Source: a virus (lineage: Duplodnaviria; Caudoviricetes). From it: DNA of 36,398 nucleotides. The stretch is from IMG/VR virus record IMGVR_UViG_3300046092_000155, positions 1 through 36,398 of that record; one strand, given 5' to 3'. Below the pieces are notes generated by a model. That model ran no database searches. It was given only the letters and a program-made list of their open reading frames with translations, and was not told where the DNA came from. Below, piece by piece: positions 1 to 8,194 of the stretch. Position 1 is the first letter of the stretch; each line of letters begins with the position of its first letter. The translations under genes were made by a program, and so were the position numbers.

Positions 1-228
1 CTGATAACAAGAGTGGGTGAATTCAGCAAAATATTCGTGCTCGGTGACACTGACCAAACCGATATAGGGGCTAAGAGTGGATTCAAGAAAATGTTCGATA
101 CTTTCAACGACGATGATAGTAAATCGAATGGAATCTACACATTTGAATTCACCGACGATGACATCGTAAGATCTAAATTGGTCAAGTTTATAATCAAAAA
201 GATTAAAAACCAGTCCAAAACTGTTTAA
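1..228 (+). CDS. phoH: PhoH-family ATPase, C-terminal fragment (5' truncated by window)
   Basis: Frame is open from base 1: LITRVGEFSKIFVLGDTDQTD...FTDDDIVRSKLV matches the PhoH C-terminal motifs (TRxGxxSKxxxxGDxxQxD; DIVRSxLV). Confidence 0.88.
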   Translation: MITRVGEFSKIFVLGDTDQTDIGAKSGFKKMFDTFNDDDSKSNGIYTFEFTDDDIVRSKLVKFIIKKIKNQSKTV

Positions 229-257
229 GATTTCGTACTTATGTGGTATAAGAATCG

Positions 258-1526
258 ATGTCAAATAGCCAGCTCCATACTTTAACGACGCATACGTCTC
301 TGGATTCCAGAGACTTGTTGGTCGTTGTTGATAGAAGTGAATTGACCACTCATAAAATAGAAGTGGGGGAGCTCTCGGATGCGTTAGATGGAACAATTTT
401 TCTATCATCAAGTTATTCTCTCACAAGCTCGTTTACGGTCCAACCAGAGAGGCCAATTTCGACGAGTTTTTCAAGTTATGCATCTTCGTCTGGCTTCGCG
501 AGCAACCTAAGTGGTTCTAATGTGATAGCGGCGGGAAGCAGTTTTGCTCATCTTTCGACATTAGCACATGCTATAAGTGATTTCATACAAGTCACCGCTA
601 GCTCGGATTACATTGACATTTATGGAATAGGAAAGTCGGGTGGACAGTTGAGATTTGTAACCCAATCAAATTTCATCAATTCGTATTTAATCCGACCGCT
701 GTCTCACCGAGATGTGTTAGGTTCTCAAATTCTAAGTCCAACAATAGGCGACGTGACTTACGATGGACTTTCCGCTGGAAGTTATGGATTTGAAATCTCT
801 CTGTTGGATTATCCAGGAAAAATACTGACCTTCTTTGGTTATATCCCCGTGGCTTCCCCAGTTACAACTAAGTATTATCTGATACAATACTTCGAGCCGG
901 GTGGAGTTTATTACGCAAGTGGAAGTGGAGTCACATCCGTAACATCGAGCTTTTCCGACACCTCATCCTATTCACGGAATAACAACGATTGCCACTGGGC
1001 ATCAAGTTCGCTCGTAACATCGGCAACTGAGCGTATACACACCACTGCTCTAAGTGCATCCGGAGCAACATCATCTCTTTTTTCTCAACGAAGTAACATC
1101 TCCAATTTCTCCTCGAATGGACCTATTCCGGGAATGATTCTTTTATACGCTGGGGTTCAAATAACGGGTTCCGAGAACTGGCTATCATGTAACGGATCTA
1201 CATACAACATACTGACAAATTCCGCGTTGAGTGCATCGATAGGTTCCAAATTCTCAGCATCGGCGTCACCGGGAATACCAAACGTCCTGCCAAATATATC
1301 GTCGAACAACGGTTCCCGATCCGGCCCATACAATGAAAGATTTTACATATCATCGTCGATTTTGGGACATCCAACCAACAACCAAATAAGTCAATCGTAT
1401 GGTATTTTCGCGGGCGGGTCCGGTTCAGCCGAATCTTTTACAGGTTCTTATTCTTCTGGGTCGGTATACGGTACGGAAATCACGGACGGACAACCCCGTG
1501 CCTTTTATTATAACATCAAACGGTGA
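258..1526 (+). CDS. Tail/virion fibre protein with phage tail-collar domain
   Basis: Ser-rich SxSYA-type stalk; collar motif PIPGMILLYAG...WLSCNGSTY...LSASIG...LP; collar-type C-terminus FYYNIKR. Confidence 0.75.
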   Translation: MSNSQLHTLTTHTSLDSRDLLVVVDRSELTTHKIEVGELSDALDGTIFLSSSYSLTSSFTVQPERPISTSFSSYASSSGFASNLSGSNVIAAGSSFAHLSTLAHAISDFIQVTASSDYIDIYGIGKSGGQLRFVTQSNFINSYLIRPLSHRDVLGSQILSPTIGDVTYDGLSAGSYGFEISLLDYPGKILTFFGYIPVASPVTTKYYLIQYFEPGGVYYASGSGVTSVTSSFSDTSSYSRNNNDCHWASSSLVTSATERIHTTALSASGATSSLFSQRSNISNFSSNGPIPGMILLYAGVQITGSENWLSCNGSTYNILTNSALSASIGSKFSASASPGIPNVLPNISSNNGSRSGPYNERFYISSSILGHPTNNQISQSYGIFAGGSGSAESFTGSYSSGSVYGTEITDGQPRAFYYNIKR

Positions 1527-1552
1527 ATAATCCACTACTTATTTAGAGAATC

Positions 1553-3019
1553 ATGGCACACAAGAGAATTTCAGAATTGTCCAGTTTAAACGGTGCACTT
1601 GCATTAGAAGACTTATTTTTGGTCCAAGATGTATCGCCGATCTCAGAATCAAAAAACGTAAGTTGGGCATATTTGTCTAGTATAATCGCTGCTTCTGCTT
1701 CTGTAGATTCCGCGAGCTACTCAATCACCTCGTCCTTTTCACATCAGATCAACAGCGCCAGCTGGGCCTCATCTAGTATATCTACGAGTTACGCATTGGC
1801 TGGATCCGGAAGTGGAATTTATGCGTGGACGAGTAGTTACGCATTCACATCGTCCTTTGCACATTCTGCCAGTTTTGCTAGTGGGAGCGGAGTATTTGCT
1901 CACAGTAGTAGTTATGCGCTCACCAGCAGTTACTCTCTACAGTCATCGTCTTCTATATCAGCCTCATATTCAATCTCGGCCAGTTTTGTATCCGGTAGTA
2001 CGGTGTTTGCTCACAGCAGTAGTTATGCTTTAAGCGCGAGCCACGCATTGACTTCCAGCAATTCACTTTATTCTGCGAATGGAATTGAGACTGGATATAT
2101 GATTCTTTACGCTGGATCGGAGACGACTGCGATAGAATCGACGGGGGAATACCTGACGTGCAATGGTAGGGATGTATTTGTAAATCAATATCAAAATCTT
2201 TATAACGTGATAGGCAGGAAATTTGGGTATTATCCTGAATTGGGAATATCTGCTTCGAGGACGACTCTATCACAACCAATTCAAGTCCACATAGACCACG
2301 ACGATGTTAATATCTACGGATACTCCTTGAGCACAGGAATAATTAGTTTTCAAACCGGCAGCGGCGGAACGTTTCGTGGAGTATATACCGTGACGTCCGC
2401 CAAAGCGGGATTGATGGGATCGACCCAATTGCTCCGCCCGAATAATCCTACTGTGAGTTTCACGGGATTGGGAGCTGCAACCTATAATTTCACAATAACT
2501 GAGATAAATACCAACAGTAGTTCAGTGTTTCCGGTTAAGATTAATTTACAGGGAACTAATACAACCAGTTCGTTTACAGCCGGAACTATACCTGTGATAA
2601 GTTTCAATCCTACATCAAATGTGGCGTACGATTCCAAGTTTTATGTAACGGATGTAAATACAGATCAGACAAGCGAAGGAAATTTGAATCGCACCGCTAC
2701 GGGAACGATAATCACGCAAGTACCCGCGACGCTTATGTTGCCGGAAAATTCTACTTTTACATGTAGTATATCCAGACACAGCGGTTCATATCATGGCATC
2801 CAAACCGCTCGACTAAAACAGTCGTCACAAATCCTCACTTTCATGGGAGAAAACTCCAGCTCGTTTTCAGAAATTTACGGAACTTTCTCCTCTTCTTTCT
2901 TTATACCAAGCGTGAACAATTCTACGGGCAGTGTTCCGGAAAATATGGGACCTAGCAATGCACAGATAACAGGATCAGGTGCTTATAGATACGCTTTCAG
3001 ATATTTGATAAAAACGTAA
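1553..3019 (+). CDS. Tail/virion fibre protein with interrupted tail-collar domain
   Basis: N-terminal MAHKRISEL fibre motif; SASYA/SSSYA repeats; GYMILYAG...YLTCNG...YQNLYNVIGRKFG; distal FFIP and terminal RYLIKT. Confidence 0.78.
   Translation: MAHKRISELSSLNGALALEDLFLVQDVSPISESKNVSWAYLSSIIAASASVDSASYSITSSFSHQINSASWASSSISTSYALAGSGSGIYAWTSSYAFTSSFAHSASFASGSGVFAHSSSYALTSSYSLQSSSSISASYSISASFVSGSTVFAHSSSYALSASHALTSSNSLYSANGIETGYMILYAGSETTAIESTGEYLTCNGRDVFVNQYQNLYNVIGRKFGYYPELGISASRTTLSQPIQVHIDHDDVNIYGYSLSTGIISFQTGSGGTFRGVYTVTSAKAGLMGSTQLLRPNNPTVSFTGLGAATYNFTITEINTNSSSVFPVKINLQGTNTTSSFTAGTIPVISFNPTSNVAYDSKFYVTDVNTDQTSEGNLNRTATGTIITQVPATLMLPENSTFTCSISRHSGSYHGIQTARLKQSSQILTFMGENSSSFSEIYGTFSSSFFIPSVNNSTGSVPENMGPSNAQITGSGAYRYAFRYLIKT
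1700..2075 (+). repeat. Degenerate Ser-rich ~6-aa coding repeats (S-A/S-S-Y/F/W-A-x) in fibre stalk
   Basis: SASYSI TSSFSH, SASWAS, TSSYAF TSSFAH SASFAS, SSSYAL etc.; near-duplicate VFAHSSSYAL (gtatttgctcacagtagtagttatgc / gtgtttgctcacagcagtagttatgc) 111 nt apart. Confidence 0.8.
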
Positions 3020-3026
3020 ATTAGAT

Positions 3027-3728
3027 ATGGTTACATTTAAAGGGTGGTTGATAAAAGCTATCAGAGAAAATTGTTGTCTATTGAAAATTCGACGTGGAAA
3101 CTGTGATTACTCCATTCCATACGAAAGACCAGTTGACGATTCCTTCTTTGATGATAATTGGGATACTCTGACGCTGCAGAATTTGGTATCCAATGACAGA
3201 GATGTGATTTCTCTATCCGATGTATTTAACGTGGAAATTTATTCTATGAATCAATATGAGATTTCCAGAAAGTCAATGGCGGAACACATTGAGAATAAAT
3301 ATTCACCAATTCTATCCTATAAATTTCAAAACCTTACACGGAAAACCGTTTTAAACTTAATGTTCTTGGATGGAATTACATTGAATTATTTGAAAATAAT
3401 GGATTTCATGGAATATCAGGAACCAGAGGATTTTTCTAAGGTAAAGTTCGTTGGAATACGAGACGAAACTGTAGAAGTTGGCAATGTTGCTCGTAAAAAC
3501 TTCTCATTGATAGTAAATAAAAGAATGGAGACGGTGAAGAAAGACATGATTTCTGCGTTGGGAATAGAGGGGAGTTCTGATATACGACTTGACATAGAGA
3601 AAAACGTATCCGAATTCATAACTGGGTTGTCATCTGTTCCAACGGGAAAGCTTCAGGACATATGGCCCACTTTATTGAATCCGTCTCCGTATTATTTTCT
3701 CCCCAACGTTGTTAATCAAGACGGATGA
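3027..3728 (+). CDS. Hypothetical protein, possibly fibre assembly chaperone
   Basis: 233-aa ORF directly after two fibres; C-terminal IWPTLLNPSP is reminiscent of Tfa-like WP..P ends; ATGA-coupled to next gene. Function is weak inference. Confidence 0.5.
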   Translation: MVTFKGWLIKAIRENCCLLKIRRGNCDYSIPYERPVDDSFFDDNWDTLTLQNLVSNDRDVISLSDVFNVEIYSMNQYEISRKSMAEHIENKYSPILSYKFQNLTRKTVLNLMFLDGITLNYLKIMDFMEYQEPEDFSKVKFVGIRDETVEVGNVARKNFSLIVNKRMETVKKDMISALGIEGSSDIRLDIEKNVSEFITGLSSVPTGKLQDIWPTLLNPSPYYFLPNVVNQDG

Positions 3729-4324
3729 AACGAGTTGTTTTAGTAGGTAATGGGTGTGGAGTCCTCGAAAAAGAAAGGGGAGGTGATATAGATGCGTTTG
3801 ACTGTGTTATCCGACTGGGAACATACAAAATCGATGGATTTGAGAAGTATGTGGGAAAAAAAACAGATTTTTGTATCACGGCTCATTGGAAACTTGATCT
3901 GGAGAGGTTAAAGACTACCAAGACATTTATCACATTCCCCGTGTTCAGTAGTTATTATGACGAACCGACAATAGATAGGATACGCGGTGAGATAGTGAGC
4001 TCTATAACCGACGAACAACGTTTGAACATCATGTATTTTATGACTCGTGCCGATGCTCTTTCCATTGTAGAATCATATAAAGAACTTGGAAACGTTGGGA
4101 TCGATTTGAGTGGGATAAACCCGAGTCTCGGTTACAGAGCACTCCGGATCGTTTTGAATCATTTCTCGGATTGTGAAATCTACACATATGGATTTGATTT
4201 TTTCAAAACTGGCTGGTATTGGAAGGAATCACATAACCGAAACATAAAAAACCGGCACCCGTATAGTTACGAACGCGCTATCCATTCGCTGTTGATTAAA
4301 AGTGGAAGAATAAAGGATTTGTGA
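3725..4324 (+). CDS. Glycosyltransferase family 29 (sialyltransferase-like)
   Basis: Sialylmotif L (VVLVGNG..VL...GGDIDAFDCVIRL), motif S (PSLG...ALRI....CEIYTYGFDF) and VS motif HxxxxE (HPYSYE). Confidence 0.82.
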   Translation: MKRVVLVGNGCGVLEKERGGDIDAFDCVIRLGTYKIDGFEKYVGKKTDFCITAHWKLDLERLKTTKTFITFPVFSSYYDEPTIDRIRGEIVSSITDEQRLNIMYFMTRADALSIVESYKELGNVGIDLSGINPSLGYRALRIVLNHFSDCEIYTYGFDFFKTGWYWKESHNRNIKNRHPYSYERAIHSLLIKSGRIKDL

Positions 4325-5313
4325 GAAAATTGGTATCAGTTAAAAACACAGGCTTGAGTGGAAACATAATCAAGTTTCTGATAACCAATGACTTCTGTGA
4401 ACGAAACGGTCTTCACCTAATTTTTCCCTGTGACGGGAACACGTCGAAGGTCATTTCTAGGTTTAGTCATATAGACTCAGATAGGATAAGTTTTGTTGCA
4501 TATTCTCCGGAACATAAGATTCTTTTCAACGAGAAGGTAAAAAGAGACACCGGCGATTCGTATCCAATGATATACGGTGAATACATAAGAAAAACTTACT
4601 TACGAGGAGAAACCGGAGAGTTTGAGTATTTTTACGGTAATGAGAATGGAATCATACCAGTCAATTGTAATGAAAACACAGAGAAAAAACCAAATTGTAA
4701 CAAAAATTTAGTGAATTGGTCGTCCTGTAATACAATACTGTTAGATTATAACGACGGTTTGTTTGGTTATAGAAAGTCACTGTCTGGGCTGAATAAGAAA
4801 ATCAAGTTCAATGGAATAGACGACCCCTCGTATGTACACCGAGGACAGACATCAGATGTCTTTTCCTTTAACTTGAAAACGACAACCGATGTTAGGTTCG
4901 ACGAAGAACTTCTCTATTGGACGAAAGTTTTGACCCGATTCAAATCTGACTATGGTGGAAAAATGTTCTTTGTCTCGGGAAACAAAAAGATGAAACGTGA
5001 AATGTGTCATCGATTTGACGTGCCGTTTTTGGATTTTGAGTCTGAAAACAAGTTCTCTCACCGAGAGGGAGGGGAATTACAGAGAGGTACATCGACGAGT
5101 GTGATGATTGATCTCCAAAACTGCGTTAATACGAATTTCGTACCAGTGGAACGACTTGTAATGGAATACGGCAATACAGTTGCTAAACCGGGGGAGTTGT
5201 TTAAAGCGGGAAAAGCGGAAAAGTTTGACTTGTTAGTAGAATTCTTCAGAGAAAATCACACATTGACACCGGAGTGTTCACCTATGGCTATTTCCGTAGG
5301 AAACGTTACATAG
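4321..5313 (+). CDS. Divergent GT-B fucosyltransferase-like protein (paralog A)
   Basis: N-terminal GLSGNIIKFL...C...GLHL resembles the GLGN start of GT11/GT23/O-FucT; later VFSFNLK, MFFVSGN, VMIDLQNC occur in the order of FucT motifs I-III but are degenerate. GTG start overlaps upstream stop. Confidence 0.5.
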   Translation: MRKLVSVKNTGLSGNIIKFLITNDFCERNGLHLIFPCDGNTSKVISRFSHIDSDRISFVAYSPEHKILFNEKVKRDTGDSYPMIYGEYIRKTYLRGETGEFEYFYGNENGIIPVNCNENTEKKPNCNKNLVNWSSCNTILLDYNDGLFGYRKSLSGLNKKIKFNGIDDPSYVHRGQTSDVFSFNLKTTTDVRFDEELLYWTKVLTRFKSDYGGKMFFVSGNKKMKREMCHRFDVPFLDFESENKFSHREGGELQRGTSTSVMIDLQNCVNTNFVPVERLVMEYGNTVAKPGELFKAGKAEKFDLLVEFFRENHTLTPECSPMAISVGNVT

Positions 5314-5894
5314 TTAACCATTATCATTTTTCTGTGAGTCGAAATTTGTTTCTTTTCAAGCCCGTGCCACGTATTATCTCCCGGATAAAAGAAATATCCA
5401 GTGTTGTCTATAAACGGCACAGTCTTTACAACTCGAAAGTCAGCGTCGTATAAGTCAGTTCCAATAGACTCGTCTTCTCCGCAGTCGTTTATAAACACCA
5501 ACATACTCATGAATTTTTCTTGAATGTCTACGTGAGGTTCCAACCAAGATTCTCCCGTGTCTTTTATCACTTCTATCCTGAGATATGTCGGTATGATTTT
5601 GGTAGAATGTGATTGAAACATTTTCGTCACTGACTTGCTACAAAAGAATTCTCTCAATTTTAGAAAGAGGGGGTATTTCTCACACATATGGCTGTCCACG
5701 AATACCCTCGTTTTGCTGCTCGTCCTCGTTTTAGCTAAGATATTTCCACCGAGGGCGTGGAAATCCATAGATTTATATTCCACAAGTTCGTCTTCATCGA
5801 AGAAATTCTCAAATGAATAATGACGGAACGGAGTTTTGTGTTCACGTATGGAATTGAATCTCATTAGAAGAATTATATCTCCAAACAAATTCAT
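5256..5894 (-). CDS. 2OG-Fe(II) oxygenase
   Basis: PFRHYSFENFF start; HxD (LEPHVD), distal His (TWHG) and 2OG-binding Arg (RKMIMVNY). Confidence 0.85.
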   Translation of the reverse strand: MNLFGDIILLMRFNSIREHKTPFRHYSFENFFDEDELVEYKSMDFHALGGNILAKTRTSSKTRVFVDSHMCEKYPLFLKLREFFCSKSVTKMFQSHSTKIIPTYLRIEVIKDTGESWLEPHVDIQEKFMSMLVFINDCGEDESIGTDLYDADFRVVKTVPFIDNTGYFFYPGDNTWHGLEKKQISTHRKMIMVNYVTFPTEIAIGEHSGVNV

Positions 5895-6412
5895 TTCAAC
5901 ATATTATAACATTCTATTATATTAAGAACTTTCTGTTTTCTCGTCAGATTCGATTTTAGTGAGGGGAAGTCGTCGATCATATCGATGAATTTTAAGTCGA
6001 TGCCACCGATCCGTTCCTTTTCTATCAAGAGGTAAAACACAGGAGACATCTTATTCATTTTGTTACATACCAAAAGTGTATTACGACCATCATCGGAACA
6101 TTTCTTGAAAACATCGCTTCGCCTTAGTTGTTTTATTCTCAAATCGTCTCGGATTTCTTTGAAAGTCGACGTTCCCTTTACTATATTTTTCGTTTTATTA
6201 ATCAACAAATCGGTATCAAATACCAACGTCAATTCTATACCAGAGTCTAATATGAATTTAGACAACGTCTCGTCTCTGACTATATCTTTGTCGATATATT
6301 CAGTGCAAACTATGATTTTTTTAATATGATTTTCGGTCAATGTGTGAAGGTTGTCCCGTTTGAACAGAAACTCTTTATGGACGAGAAAAATATTGTCTTT
6401 TACGTGGATCAT
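5891..6412 (-). CDS. Dual-specificity-phosphatase-like protein, degenerate active site
   Basis: HVKDNIFL...LTENHIKKIIVC and GRNTLLVCNKMNKMSP parallel the DSP layout (G..VLVHCxxGxSRS) but lack the CX5R arginine. Confidence 0.45.
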   Translation of the reverse strand: MIHVKDNIFLVHKEFLFKRDNLHTLTENHIKKIIVCTEYIDKDIVRDETLSKFILDSGIELTLVFDTDLLINKTKNIVKGTSTFKEIRDDLRIKQLRRSDVFKKCSDDGRNTLLVCNKMNKMSPVFYLLIEKERIGGIDLKFIDMIDDFPSLKSNLTRKQKVLNIIECYNMLK

Positions 6413-6438
6413 GTGTAGTGTACATACATATCAAAGGA

Positions 6439-7356
6439 ATGTTTTTTCATAACACATCTCAGGATCATTTTGGGGTCACCACTAACTTGATGAATCTACT
6501 GAAGAGTTATCTTGTGTGCAAGAAGCTCGGATTGAATTTGGTTATGCACAATGACTCACTGATAGGACTCGACTGTGAGAGCGACGTAAACATTCAGATA
6601 AATGGAAATTTTTTTAAAGGAGTTTCTGTTGATTTTTTCCGTTCGTTGAAAAAAAATCCTGATATGTTGGCGAGGTTTGTTTTGGAAATCCATAAATCCT
6701 GGAACACGGGAAGAAGATGTGAATACATCTCATCGGTCGAGAACTTCCTTCCGAATGGAGAGGATATTGACTATCTCTTTTATTATGAATGGTTTCCTAA
6801 AATTGGTTTGGTGGATTCATCTAAATTTGAATTGAAGTTAAAAATAAACGAACCGACAAGGAATCTCTTCCACAAAGACGCGGCGGTGTTCCATGTGAAG
6901 AATAAGAGCTTGTTGAATGTTTCCACGGATATTGAGATAACCGACTTTGTGATTTCCAGATACATAAAAGAGTTCAATCCACCGTCTGTAGTTTTTATAA
7001 GCGGGTGTCAGGAAATGAAAACTTACTTTTGTAAAAAATACGGAGTTTTGGATGAACCGCATGTTCACTACCGTCCACTGTATCATAGAGAAAAAGGAGA
7101 CATGGCTAGTGTATTGAATGATATTTACTCTTGTGCTGGTTCTAATTTTGTGACTAACGATTTTCTTCACCAGCGGTATTATCAAGAGATAGAAGAGAAT
7201 TACGTCAAAGTTCCAAGTGAGTTGTGCTTCTATAACTCTATGAATTATAGAAAACACATTTTTGACCAGAAATTTTACATGAGTAATTATTTTGATTTAT
7301 TCGTTGTTTTGCAGAAGGAATTTGGTTTTATAAGGAATATACATGATAGCAAGTGA
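6439..7356 (+). CDS. Divergent GT-B fucosyltransferase-like protein (paralog B)
   Basis: GVTTNLMNLL...CKKLGLNL, AVFHVK, VVFISGC, HREKG..SVLNDIYSC..SNFV align by eye with 4321..5313. ATG at 6439 preferred over GTG at 6418. Confidence 0.5.
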   Translation: MFFHNTSQDHFGVTTNLMNLLKSYLVCKKLGLNLVMHNDSLIGLDCESDVNIQINGNFFKGVSVDFFRSLKKNPDMLARFVLEIHKSWNTGRRCEYISSVENFLPNGEDIDYLFYYEWFPKIGLVDSSKFELKLKINEPTRNLFHKDAAVFHVKNKSLLNVSTDIEITDFVISRYIKEFNPPSVVFISGCQEMKTYFCKKYGVLDEPHVHYRPLYHREKGDMASVLNDIYSCAGSNFVTNDFLHQRYYQEIEENYVKVPSELCFYNSMNYRKHIFDQKFYMSNYFDLFVVLQKEFGFIRNIHDSK

Positions 7357-8194
7357 TAAAAACGACGTGATACAACTCCGGCGATCTCAACTATCCGACG
7401 TCAGTGTACGGATGGATACGTTACAGAGCATCACGGTCAATCCGACGGAACTGTGCAACCGAAAATGTGGGTTCTGTCCACGTAGCGATAGCAAAGTATA
7501 TCCGAATCAGAATCTACACATCTCCGAACAGACGGTGTCTAGGTTGTCGGAACAATTATCAATCGTCGGTTTCGTGAATAGATTGGGTTGGTCCGGAAAT
7601 GGAGAGCCGTTGTTAACAAATGATTTTTTGAAACTTGTTAGATCGGTATCTTCTCAGAATCCAAGGTTGTCATCTCACGAAATAAACACAAACGGAGATT
7701 TGCTCACCGATAGATTGGTGTCGGAGATTTACGCAGCTGGGATCAATCACATAATAGTAAGTGTATATGATGGACAAGAAAGTTTAGACAAGTTCTCGGA
7801 GATGTTTCGTAAATATGACGTTCATAGTTACACGCTGAGAATTTCTTTTAATACCGTAGATCCTATTGGCTTTACCAACCGAGCCGGTATGGTGGATGTT
7901 AACCGAGACAAGATGAAAGAATTCAAGAATAACAAATGTTTTCTTCCGTTTTACAAACTCGTAGTTGATTGGAACGGAGACATACTCGTATGTTGTGAAG
8001 ACTGGGGAAGAAAGAGCAAGAGTTCTCTCAACATCAACACACACTCTCTCGAAGAAATATGGTTCTCCGAGAAATTATATGGATACCGAAACAGACTTCG
8101 GTTTGGAGACAGATCGTTATCACCATGTAACGCATGTAATATTCACGGTGAGAAAGTTGGTTCCGAACTCGTAGATAAATTTTATGAAAAGTGA
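7343..8194 (+). CDS. Radical SAM protein with SPASM/twitch domain
   Basis: CxxxCxxC (CNRKCGFC), GNGEPLL, INTNGD; C-terminal CFLPF...DWNGDILVCCEDW...CNAC. Confidence 0.92.
   Translation: MIASDKNDVIQLRRSQLSDVSVRMDTLQSITVNPTELCNRKCGFCPRSDSKVYPNQNLHISEQTVSRLSEQLSIVGFVNRLGWSGNGEPLLTNDFLKLVRSVSSQNPRLSSHEINTNGDLLTDRLVSEIYAAGINHIIVSVYDGQESLDKFSEMFRKYDVHSYTLRISFNTVDPIGFTNRAGMVDVNRDKMKEFKNNKCFLPFYKLVVDWNGDILVCCEDWGRKSKSSLNINTHSLEEIWFSEKLYGYRNRLRFGDRSLSPCNACNIHGEKVGSELVDKFYEK

Noticed and set aside
7343-8194. RiPP cluster around the radical SAM/SPASM gene
   Set aside because: No RRE domain, recognisable precursor peptide, protease or transporter; the glycosyltransferase context fits better.
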